Assembly: GCA_945861665.1 (NCBI GenBank)
Contig: CAMAVS010000007.1
Span: forward strand, 7,277-71,276
DNA length: 64,000 bases
Direction: 5' to 3'
DNA from: Chitinophaga pinensis
Lineage (GTDB): Bacteria; Bacteroidota; Bacteroidia; UBA4408
This document shows positions 11,601 to 19,513 of this stretch, piece after piece; positions within the stretch are counted from its first letter, which is position 1, and each line of letters opens with the position of its first letter. The position numbers and the translations under genes are program-made. Below the pieces are notes generated by a model. That model was not told the DNA's origin and ran no database searches. It saw only the letters and a list, made by a program, of their open reading frames with translations.

Positions 11601-11997
11601 GAAAGACCATTTACGTGCTATGGACGAATTAAAACAATCGGTACAAAATGCTGTATACGAGCAGAAGGATCCTTTGTTAGTATATAAATTTGAATCCTTT
11701 GGTTTGTTTAAAAATTTGATGAGCGAGGTAAACAACGATATTATTTCCTTCTTACAAAAAGGCTATTTGACAGCCGAAAATCAACAAGCCGTGCGTGAAG
11801 TACAAGCAGCACCAAAGGCCGACCTAAAAAATTTACAAGCAACAAAAACCGAAGTTACAAGCAGTGGCAGAGAAGAACTTCCGAACGAACAAGAAAAACC
11901 AAAAGCACAACCCATACGCGTTGAAAAACAAGTAGGAAGAAACGATCCTTGTCCTTGTGGTAACGGGAAGAAGTTTAAGCATTGTCATGGAAAGTAG
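8686..11997 (+). CDS. secA: preprotein translocase ATPase SecA
   Basis: 1103 aa; DEAD-like motor motifs ([27 protein letters not shown]), C-terminal zinc-binding tail [15 protein letters not shown]. Confidence 0.97.
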   Translation: MLDFINKSIGKLFGNKSQKDIKEIQPIVEKILAAGEQLKNISNDELRAKTVDFKKRIADYIAKEEKEIVDLRALTEANPDMDVQEKEKHYNAIDQNKKTIKTKIQEILNEILPEAFAVVKETAKRFKENTSLEVTATQMDRDMAAARESVKIQGEKAHFSNTWMAAGNKVTWDMVHYDVQLIGGIVLHQGKISEMATGEGKTLVGTLPIYLNALAGKGVHIVTVNTYLSKRDSEWNGPIFEFHGLKVDCIDKHDPNSDERKKAYLADITYGTNNEYGFDYLRDNMARSPEDLVQREHNYAIVDEVDSVLIDDARTPLIISGPTAKGDTHEFFQLKPRVEKLVNAQRNYVNTVLADAKKILALNDSKKNEEGGFALLRAFRGLPKNKALIKFLSEPGIKAQLQKVENHYMQDHGREMPKVDAELYFVIDEKNNSIELTEKGIELMSSGSPEDAKFFVLPDVGSEMVEIDKSTLPAEQKLQRKEELMRNFSIASERVHTVNQLLKSYTLFEIDVDYVVMENKIKIVDEQTGRILEGRRYSDGLHQAIEAKENVKVEASTQTFATVTLQNYFRMYNKLAGMTGTAETEAGEFWDIYKLDCVVIPTNRAISRTDREDLVYKTKREKYNAVIENIIEEVGKGRPILVGTTSVEISELLSRMLKLKGIKHNVLNAKLHQREAEIVAEAGQAGTVTIATNMAGRGTDIKLGAGVKDAGGLAIIGTERHDSRRVDRQLRGRAGRQGDPGTSQFFVSLEDDLMRLFGSDRIAKLMDRMGIEEGEVIQHSMITNSIERAQKKVEENNFGTRKRLLEYDDVMNSQREVVYKKRRHALFGERLSLDISNMLYDVSESICTNTQEQKDFEGFAFELIKTFSIENPVSENDFMKLPTNELTERVFDVAYRHYIKKSQEMGEATFPVVKNVYENSAHMYENIIIPFTDGIKTLQVLSNLKKSYESKGREVFTAFEKGVTLSIIDEAWKDHLRAMDELKQSVQNAVYEQKDPLLVYKFESFGLFKNLMSEVNNDIISFLQKGYLTAENQQAVREVQAAPKADLKNLQATKTEVTSSGREELPNEQEKPKAQPIRVEKQVGRNDPCPCGNGKKFKHCHGK

Positions 11998-12003
11998 ATA
12001 GGT

Positions 12004-12026
12004 GGTCACGCAAAGAATGTGTGCGC
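12004..12026. repeat. left arm of 23-bp imperfect inverted repeat (ggtcacgcaaagaatgtgtgcgc)
   Basis: 21/23 match to reverse complement of 12755-12777; immediately followed by gtgagag-g-ctctcac hairpin (12029-12043). Confidence 0.7.
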
Positions 12027-12397
12027 TAGTGAGAGGCTCTCACGAACAAAAAAAACACAACACCAATAAGTGCTATAGAAAAAAACCTACTCTAACACAA
12101 TTTTCCTTACCTCTGTTTCTCCTTGTTGACAGGGACCACAATCGCTTTACAGTTAAAACAAATTTAGTTGGCTTGTTGCTTGCTACTAATATGCAGGAGC
12201 ACATTTCTGTTGAAATTGCTGACCACAGCGAAGTGTCAGTTTTTCTTGATTAATAATTATTTTTACTCAGCTCTTTCAAAATTTACTTTCCACGGGGCAC
12301 AATTCCAGAAGTTCCAGATTTTATTGACCCCTCTTCTATTACCATTTTTCTATTTCTCGTCCTCCCTCTTCTCTTTTTTTCATACAGATAAAGCATA

Positions 12398-12781
12398 TTA
12401 TTCAACAATAATTTTTTCGGTATAAATTTTCTCTCCGGCATAAACTTTCACAAAATAAATTCCTTTTGCAGCGCTAGAAAGGTCTATTTCATTTGTGTTT
12501 TGTTTTTGAAATACACTTTCTCCGAACAAGTTATAAATTTCAACACTTGTGATCTGCTGCTGGTTTGAAAATACAATATTAAACTTGCCTGTGGATGGAT
12601 TAGGATAAATTGAAAATAAATTTTTGCTGTATTCATTGTTATTAATTCCTGTAGCAGTTTGAAAATATTTGGCAACAAAAATATCGCCGCCACCTGCATG
12701 ATTTAAATTGGCAACTCCGGCACCCGGGTCAAAGTCGACTGTTCCACCAAACGGGCGCGCACATTCTGTGCGTGACCTTTT
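12398..12781 (-). pseudogene. start-less 3' gene fragment encoding a T9SS type-A C-terminal sorting domain (orphan CTD remnant)
   Basis: Own translation of minus strand: …GDIFVAKYFQTATGINNNEYSKNLFSIYPNPSTGKFNIVFSNQQQITSVEIYNLFGESVFQKQNTNEIDLSSAAKGIYFVKVYAGEKIYTEKIIVE*; no in-frame Met; frame opens directly after taa-tag-taa following the ABC-F stop. Confidence 0.6.
12755..12777. repeat. right arm of 23-bp imperfect inverted repeat (gcgcgcacattctgtgcgtgacc)
   Basis: reverse complement ggtcacgcacagaatgtgcgcgc vs left arm; coincides with the 5' truncation point of the orphan CTD fragment. Confidence 0.7.
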
Positions 12782-12787
12782 TTACTA

Positions 12788-14713
12788 TTACACCCTCTCC
12801 AAGTCAATCTGCAAGACTTCCCAATTTTTCATTTCAGCTTCCAGTTTCTTTTTAAGTTCTTCGTAATTGGCAAAAATGCTTTTATCGTTCATTGCCTTTT
12901 GGTAGGTTTCGGGGTTCATTAAGGAGTCATCAATGTCTTTGATTTGCTTTTCAAGCGAATCAATTTCCTTTTCCGATTTGCTTATTTTTTGCTGAATATT
13001 TTTTAGTTCCTTTTGCTTTTTTTGTTCGTCTTGTTTGTTAGTATCAACCGCTTTCGGTGTTTCAGCAACAACAGCCTTCTTTTTTATTTGCAATTCATTC
13101 AAAGAACTTATTTTGCGTGCAGCTAAATAATCTCTCAAATCGCCAATGTGTTCTTTAATGCTTCCATTTCTAAACTCGTATACTTTGTTTGTTAAGCCCT
13201 CTAAAAAATCTCTGTCGTGGGAAACAACAATGAGTGTTCCATCGTAATTCAATAAAGCTTGTTTTAAAATATCCTTTGAGCGCATATCCAAGTGGTTGGT
13301 TGGCTCATCCAAAACCAAAAGGTTATATGGCTGCAGCAAAAGCTTACACATCGCCAAACGCGATTTTTCACCACCGCTAAGTACCTTTACTTTTTTATCT
13401 ACATCATCGTCCTTAAAAAGAAAGGAGCCGAGTAGATTACGCACATTTTTACGCATATCGCCCACCGCCACATCGTCAATAATTTCGAAAACCGTTTTTT
13501 CTCCATTCAAGGTCTCTGCTTGATTCTGCGCATAATACCCAATGGATACATTGTGGCCGATTTTTATTTCACCGTCAAATTTTTCAGCACCCACAATTAA
13601 CTTCGATAAGGTTGTTTTTCCTTCACCGTTTTTACCTACAAAAGCAATTCGCTCTTGCCGCTCAATCATAAAATTTATTTTGCTGAAGATGACTTTCTCA
13701 TCGTACTGCTTTTTCAAATTAACAGCTTCAACAATTACTTTTCCGGAAGAAGCCGCAGGAGGAAAACGAAAACGAATGGATGCATTGTCTTGATCGTCAA
13801 CTTCAATAATATCGAGCTTATCCAGTTTTTTTATAAGCGATTGTGCAAAGGATGCCTTGCTTGCTTTAGCGCGGTACTTATCAATAAGCACTTCTGTTTT
13901 CTCAATGTACTTCTGCTGATTTTTTGCTGCAGACTCTTGCTGTTCTCTGCGCTCATTTCTGAGTGTTACATATTTCGAATAGTTCGCTTTATAATCGAAT
14001 ATCTTTCCCAATGATATTTCAACAGTTCGTGTGGTGATATTATCTAAAAAGGTTTTATCGTGCGACACTAAAATTACAGCTCCGTTATAATCAATTAAAA
14101 AATCTTCTAGCCATTGAATGGATTCTATGTCGAGGTGGTTCGTTGGTTCATCGAGCAATAATACATCAGGTTTTTGAAGCAAAATTTTCGCTAACTCAAT
14201 GCGCATTCTCCAGCCTCCACTAAATTCATCGGTTAAGCGCGTAAAATCAGTTCGTTCAAAACCAAGTCCCAATAATATTTTTTCAATGTCGGCCTCAATT
14301 GAGTATCCACCCAAAAGCATAAAACGCTCATTGTACTCATTCAAATTATGTATAAGCTGCATATACTCATCCGATTCATAATCAGTGCGGATGGTAAGCT
14401 GTTCGTTTACCTGTTCAATTTTTTTTTCGAGATTTTTTATTTCGGCAAAGGAACTGGCTGTTTCATTAAAAACTGTTTTGCCCAAGTTATGTACCATATC
14501 TTGAGGCAAATAACCAACCGTTGCACCTTGCTGAATGGAAATTTCACCGCTATCGGGTGGCATAAGTCCGCACAATATTTTAAGAAAGGTTGATTTTCCT
14601 GCACCGTTTTTCCCTGCTAATCCAATACGGTCGCGGCTATTTACCAAAAATGAAATTTCCTCGTATAAAGGAACTCCACTAAAACTTACGGTAAGATTGC
14701 TTACGGATATCAC
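12788..14713 (-). CDS. ABC-F family ATPase (tandem ABC domains, Uup/YheS/EttA-like translation factor) with C-terminal coiled-coil
   Basis: 641 aa; two Walker A (GKNGAGKST, GKNGEGKTT), two LSGG signature motifs, no TM domain; charged coiled-coil C-terminal extension. Confidence 0.9.
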   Translation of the reverse strand: MISVSNLTVSFSGVPLYEEISFLVNSRDRIGLAGKNGAGKSTFLKILCGLMPPDSGEISIQQGATVGYLPQDMVHNLGKTVFNETASSFAEIKNLEKKIEQVNEQLTIRTDYESDEYMQLIHNLNEYNERFMLLGGYSIEADIEKILLGLGFERTDFTRLTDEFSGGWRMRIELAKILLQKPDVLLLDEPTNHLDIESIQWLEDFLIDYNGAVILVSHDKTFLDNITTRTVEISLGKIFDYKANYSKYVTLRNERREQQESAAKNQQKYIEKTEVLIDKYRAKASKASFAQSLIKKLDKLDIIEVDDQDNASIRFRFPPAASSGKVIVEAVNLKKQYDEKVIFSKINFMIERQERIAFVGKNGEGKTTLSKLIVGAEKFDGEIKIGHNVSIGYYAQNQAETLNGEKTVFEIIDDVAVGDMRKNVRNLLGSFLFKDDDVDKKVKVLSGGEKSRLAMCKLLLQPYNLLVLDEPTNHLDMRSKDILKQALLNYDGTLIVVSHDRDFLEGLTNKVYEFRNGSIKEHIGDLRDYLAARKISSLNELQIKKKAVVAETPKAVDTNKQDEQKKQKELKNIQQKISKSEKEIDSLEKQIKDIDDSLMNPETYQKAMNDKSIFANYEELKKKLEAEMKNWEVLQIDLERV

Positions 14714-14813
14714 TGTTTTTTAAAATAAGGGTGCAAATATAGAAATCTATAGGGCATTAAAGACAAAAGCCCCTCGGAATAATTCTGAGAGGCTTTTAAA
14801 GGGGATTTATAAC

Positions 14814-15239
14814 TTATGCTGTTCTCTCTATTTGGTCTTCATTAATAACATCAACGCGAATATCTTTTACCACAGCACCCATTTCGCAGCCACCCGAAAA
14901 ATTAGCCCCGGGTTCAATAGCTAGTTTATTTGTACTTATATCGCCTTTTAAATTGGAAGAAATTTTTAATGTAAGAATTTCTGAAACAGAAATGTTTCCT
15001 GAAATACTTCCCGAAATATCCGCATTCTGACAAATGATATCGCCTTCAATATTTCCGCTTTGCCCTAACACTAACTTTCCTTTTAATGTAACAGAACCTA
15101 TTACAGTGCCATCAATGCGTAAATTTTCATTTGATTTAATTTCACCTATTATGGTGGTTCCTACTCCTATTTGGTTAATCGATAGCGAACTTATATCGTT
15201 GTTTTTTGCCATTGATAAAGTGTTTTTAAAAATAAACAT
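14814..15239 (-). CDS. bactofilin (polymer-forming cytoskeletal protein, DUF583)
   Basis: 141 aa; repetitive beta-helical I/VxGxI/V motifs (TVIGSVTLKGKLVLGQSGNIEGDIICQNADISGSISGNISV…) typical of bactofilin/CcmA. Confidence 0.75.
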   Translation of the reverse strand: MFIFKNTLSMAKNNDISSLSINQIGVGTTIIGEIKSNENLRIDGTVIGSVTLKGKLVLGQSGNIEGDIICQNADISGSISGNISVSEILTLKISSNLKGDISTNKLAIEPGANFSGGCEMGAVVKDIRVDVINEDQIERTA

Positions 15240-15295
15240 TGTCTATTTATAAGTCATTAAACAAATATACTAAAAAATTTGCATTTTAAAAACCC

Positions 15296-17779
15296 TTATT
15301 TTAGTTGCAATTTCGTAATTTTAATCTCTGTTCTTCGGTTCTGCTTGTGCTCATCCTCAGTACACGTTACGCCATTTTTGCAACGATTCAATATCTTTGA
15401 TTCTCCCATTCCAGCTCCTACAATTCGAATAGGGTCGCCACCCTTTGAAACAATATAATCAATTGCTGTTTTAGCGCGTTTTTGAGAAAGGACTAAATTT
15501 TTATCATCACTGTCACGTGCATCGGTGTGCGAAAAAAGCTCAATGGCAATATTTGGGTTGCTTATTAAGATAGAAACCACTTTATCCAATTGCGCTGAAC
15601 CTTCTGGTTTAATATCCCATTTACCTAAGTCGTAATAAATATTTTCGGCTGCTTGCCCCTCCTTTATACTTACGTTAAGCGATGTGTTTTGTTCATCTAC
15701 CAATGAAAGTTTATTATAATCGGTTGAAAGGCTTTCGAAACGAAAAAAACCATCGGCATCTGTTTTGGTTGATTTTAATACTGCACCCTTTGCTCCTCCC
15801 AGTATAACACTTACGTTTGCAGTTGGGTCATCGGGCATACCGTTAACCAATACTTTACCCAATACAGTATGTTTTTTACTGGTGCTAATTTTAGGATTAG
15901 TTTCGTCAATAATAACAATATAGTTATTATCGGTTGCTAGTTTTTCGAAACGGAAAAATCCATCTGACCCTACCTTTGTTTTTGCAATCACATTACCTTG
16001 TTGGTCGTTTAACACTACTTCAACACCTTCTCCTGCCTGGTTAAGTTCATCACCTATCATAACCTTACCAATAATCACCACATTTTTTTTAACATTAAGA
16101 GTTACATTTTCCTCATCCATTAAATTAAGTGTATTGAAATCGGTGTTCAGTTTTTCAAATTTAAAAAAACCTTTTTCATCGGCTACTACTTCACGCATTG
16201 CAACACCTTGTTTATTTCTAACAATAATTTTGGCATTTATTCCCGGTTGCCCTTCGTTGTAGTATAATTTACCATACACTTTTGATGCTTTAGCTTTTGT
16301 ATTTAGGCCTGTTTCATCTGCATCCAATAGTATAATATAGCTTTGTTCTGTTGATAGTTTTTCAAAACCAAAAAACCCCAAATTTGTAGTTTTTCCTACT
16401 TTAATAATTTCCCCTTTTTGATTGAGCAATTTTACATTAAAATTGTTTGCTGGATCTAACTCATTTTTCATAAGCTGTCCTGAAATGGACGTAATTTTTA
16501 TGTCTGCAACTTTAGATTTAAAACGATAAATATCATCACTACCCTTTCCACCTAATCTGTTTGAGGAAAAATATCCTTTCTTATCATCATCAGTAAACAT
16601 GATTCCAAAATCGTCAGTAGAAGAATTTATAGGCGTTTGTAAATTTGTTACCGATGTCCACGTATTGTCAATATTACGTGCAGAAAATATATCTAATCCT
16701 CCAATTCCGATATGGCCGTTTGAAGAAAAATAGAGTGTTCCTGTGGAGCTGTAAAATGGATAGCATTCATCTGCATCAGTATTTATTTCAGAACCTAAAT
16801 TTTCGGATTTCCCCCAAGTTGTTCCTTCTCTTTTACAAACATATAAATCTTTTCCTCCATATCCACCAGGCATATCTGAAGTGAAGAATAACAATTGTCC
16901 ATCAGTTGACAAAGCTGGGTGAGCACATGAATAATCATCACTATTAAAAGACAACAGCGTTACATCCTTCCAACCTGATGTTGTGGCTTCAATAGATTTA
17001 GCAGAATATATTTTAGGTCGAAAAACAGCTTCCTGACCTTTCTTTTGGGATGTATTTGTTTTATCAACACGGGTAAAAAACATTTCTTTAAAGTCGGCAC
17101 TAAAGGTGCAAGGTCCATTATGGTATTCTGTGTTTACTCGACTTGGGAATGAGCGCCCTTCTTCAAAGAAGGTGTTGTTTTTTTTAGTTTTTAATTCGCT
17201 ATAGAATAACGCTAAATAAGGCTTATCGGTCCAGCCATACGTAGTGTTGTTAAGCAAATCTTTTTCTCGTTCTGATACAAATGCTATTCCGGTTTTATAC
17301 ATAATAGGGCAAAAGTCGGCATTTTCCGTATTTAACTCCCCTACGTTAGAAACATCGTATTCTTGTGGCTTTTGGGACCACACTTTTGTCATTACACATG
17401 ACATAATAAATGCTTCTGTTCGCTTGTTGGGTGTTACTTCTTTAGAATACAACGTAAATTGCTGTTTTGCTTCTTCTAATTTATTGTTATTCTTAAGTGC
17501 TTCGCCAAAGTAAAGATGATTTACAGGAGCAACATCTTGCTGCTGAAACAGTTTAGCATAGTACCTTTCAGACTCTTGGTAATTGTTGGTTAAACGATAG
17601 CAATTTGCAACTTTTTCAATGGCTTCTTTGTTATTCTTTTTAACCTTTTTCAAGTACAAAGGAATTGCTTTTGAGTAGTAATAATCGTTGTATAATTTAT
17701 TTGCTTTTTTATTTTGCGCAATGACACTACTTCCTAAAATTAGAAGCAATGCAAACAAAAATATTTTCTTCAGTTTCAT
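15296..17779 (-). CDS. OmpA family protein: N-terminal TPR, TolB-like WD40/beta-propeller repeats, five CarboxypepD_reg-like repeats, C-terminal OmpA peptidoglycan-binding domain
   Basis: 827 aa; signal peptide; repeated …DGFFRFEKL… modules; C-terminus …SHTDARDSD…LSQKRAKTA…NRRTEIKI is OmpA_C signature. Confidence 0.85.
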   Translation of the reverse strand: MKLKKIFLFALLLILGSSVIAQNKKANKLYNDYYYSKAIPLYLKKVKKNNKEAIEKVANCYRLTNNYQESERYYAKLFQQQDVAPVNHLYFGEALKNNNKLEEAKQQFTLYSKEVTPNKRTEAFIMSCVMTKVWSQKPQEYDVSNVGELNTENADFCPIMYKTGIAFVSEREKDLLNNTTYGWTDKPYLALFYSELKTKKNNTFFEEGRSFPSRVNTEYHNGPCTFSADFKEMFFTRVDKTNTSQKKGQEAVFRPKIYSAKSIEATTSGWKDVTLLSFNSDDYSCAHPALSTDGQLLFFTSDMPGGYGGKDLYVCKREGTTWGKSENLGSEINTDADECYPFYSSTGTLYFSSNGHIGIGGLDIFSARNIDNTWTSVTNLQTPINSSTDDFGIMFTDDDKKGYFSSNRLGGKGSDDIYRFKSKVADIKITSISGQLMKNELDPANNFNVKLLNQKGEIIKVGKTTNLGFFGFEKLSTEQSYIILLDADETGLNTKAKASKVYGKLYYNEGQPGINAKIIVRNKQGVAMREVVADEKGFFKFEKLNTDFNTLNLMDEENVTLNVKKNVVIIGKVMIGDELNQAGEGVEVVLNDQQGNVIAKTKVGSDGFFRFEKLATDNNYIVIIDETNPKISTSKKHTVLGKVLVNGMPDDPTANVSVILGGAKGAVLKSTKTDADGFFRFESLSTDYNKLSLVDEQNTSLNVSIKEGQAAENIYYDLGKWDIKPEGSAQLDKVVSILISNPNIAIELFSHTDARDSDDKNLVLSQKRAKTAIDYIVSKGGDPIRIVGAGMGESKILNRCKNGVTCTEDEHKQNRRTEIKITKLQLK

Positions 17780-17784
17780 TTCAA

Positions 17785-18726
17785 TTAAAAATAACGCGGT
17801 GAAAGGGTTTTGTCCTTTGTAATATCCAAATCAAAACCAATAAATAATTCATGTGAGCCATTACTTACTGTTTTCAACTTATTCATTTGGTAATCGTACG
17901 CATAGCCTAAACGCAACTTTCTAGTTGGATTAATTTCAAAATTAAAAACCAATCCGTTATTACTACGTATGCCAAGTCCAAACCAAAAATTTCCGCTGAA
18001 TAAAAAGCTGGCGTTCAAATCAACACTTCCGGGAGCATTTTTAACAGTTTTAATAACCATTGAAGGCTTAAACGTTACTGCATCACTAAAGCGAAAAGCT
18101 TTCCCTACGGTTCCTATAAAGTGTCGCGACAAAGAGGCCGTTGCACCACTAAAGCCGTTACTGGCAGTGTAATTGTCTTCATCAAGATGCGATATAGCTC
18201 CGCCAATGTAATATGAATTGGTATAATAATACATGCCGAAATCGTATGTGCTTACTATTTTTTGTGCTTGTGATGAACTGTTGTAAATATCTGTAGCGTC
18301 CTTGTAATCAATTTCATTCCACTTAAAACGATAGCTATATACCCCAGCTCTTATTCCAAATGCAAGTTTCCCGCTTTTAAGTTTAATTCTATAAGCAAAA
18401 GAACCAAGAACTCCGGCTGTACTTTTAGGACCAATTTCGTCTGTAAGTATGTGGAATCCAATTCCCAATTTTTGATTTTTTAGTGGAGTATGTACACTTA
18501 ATGTATTTGTTTTTGGTGCCCCAGGGATACCAACCCACTGATTCCTATGCAATGCAACAATACTAATAGACTCACGACTTCCGGCATAAGCAGGATTTAG
18601 AACTAAAGAGTTAAACATATATTGTGAGTATTGTGCATCTTGTTGAGCAAAGGAGACACCCGCCAAAAAAAACAAGCAAATAACCCCAATTTTATTTTTC
18701 ATTTGATATACTGTTTTTCTATTCAT
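17785..18726 (-). CDS. type IX secretion system membrane protein, PorP/SprF family
   Basis: 313 aa; N-terminal AQQDAQYSQYMFNSLVLNPAYAGSRE… is the family hallmark; beta-barrel-like Gly/Tyr-rich C-terminus ending …RYF. Confidence 0.85.
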   Translation of the reverse strand: MNRKTVYQMKNKIGVICLFFLAGVSFAQQDAQYSQYMFNSLVLNPAYAGSRESISIVALHRNQWVGIPGAPKTNTLSVHTPLKNQKLGIGFHILTDEIGPKSTAGVLGSFAYRIKLKSGKLAFGIRAGVYSYRFKWNEIDYKDATDIYNSSSQAQKIVSTYDFGMYYYTNSYYIGGAISHLDEDNYTASNGFSGATASLSRHFIGTVGKAFRFSDAVTFKPSMVIKTVKNAPGSVDLNASFLFSGNFWFGLGIRSNNGLVFNFEINPTRKLRLGYAYDYQMNKLKTVSNGSHELFIGFDLDITKDKTLSPRYF

Positions 18727-18736
18727 TTTTCAAAAC

Positions 18737-19513
18737 CTATTTTGTAATCTCAACCCAACCTTTATAGATATTGTTTGGTACTTTGTCGGTTAAAACTATA
18801 ATATAAAAGTATGTTCCATCGGGAAGTGGCTGACTGTTTGTTTGGTAATTTCCTTCAAATACCACTTTCACATTATCATATTTTGGAGCACTGTAAACAA
18901 TGGTTCCGTACCTATTAAAAATGGAAACCCCGTTGTTAGGAAACAAATCAATTCCATCAATAATCCATTTATCATTTATCCCATCACCGTTTGGAGAGAA
19001 TCCTTTGTAAATTGTTAAATCGCATTCCCCTGCAAAACTCAACTCAATGATTACAGTGTCTACAGCTATCTCAGCCGTTTCTGCGTCCGTTACTGTTATA
19101 ATATAAGATCCCTCTTGCAACCCAAAAATGGAATCTTTATTGGACGAAATAGGTGACCATTCGTAGCTAAAATTACCCGAACCTCCACTAGCATAAACCT
19201 TTGCCCAACCATTATTGGCTGTTTTACAACGGGAGTTTGAGAACTTAATGGAATCAATATGTATTGCCAATTTGCCTGATGGTTGATGAAAACCTTGAGT
19301 AATATAATTCGTCCCATTTTGTATGGTAGTTACGCAAGGTTCGCCTACAGACCAAGCAATGTTCATTGTCCCCAAATCATAACCTGCATTTCCTACATTG
19401 GAAATTAAAAAAGGTGTAATGCTAGGGGTTTGCGCAACTAATATAGTACTACCCATCAATAGGAGTATAAACAGTTTGTATTTTGTATTGTTTATCCGTT
19501 TCATTTTAATCAA
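18737..19513 (-). CDS. small T9SS type-B (gliding-motility-associated) C-terminal-domain protein with a single SprB-type repeat
   Basis: 258 aa; signal peptide; CKTANNGWAKVYASGGSGNFSYEWSP…GSYIITVTDAE resembles SprB repeat; C-terminal …YKGFSPNGDGINDKWIIDGIDLFPNNGVSIFNRYGTIVYSA…GWVEITK matches type-B CTD; 10-nt gap to PorP/SprF gene. Confidence 0.8.
   Translation of the reverse strand: MIKMKRINNTKYKLFILLLMGSTILVAQTPSITPFLISNVGNAGYDLGTMNIAWSVGEPCVTTIQNGTNYITQGFHQPSGKLAIHIDSIKFSNSRCKTANNGWAKVYASGGSGNFSYEWSPISSNKDSIFGLQEGSYIITVTDAETAEIAVDTVIIELSFAGECDLTIYKGFSPNGDGINDKWIIDGIDLFPNNGVSIFNRYGTIVYSAPKYDNVKVVFEGNYQTNSQPLPDGTYFYIIVLTDKVPNNIYKGWVEITK

Noticed and set aside
12002-12425. Two plus-strand ORFs (83 and 85 aa) inside the inverted-repeat-bounded segment
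   Set aside because: Low-complexity, no signal or motif. The region is better explained as noncoding remnant DNA downstream of the orphan CTD fragment.
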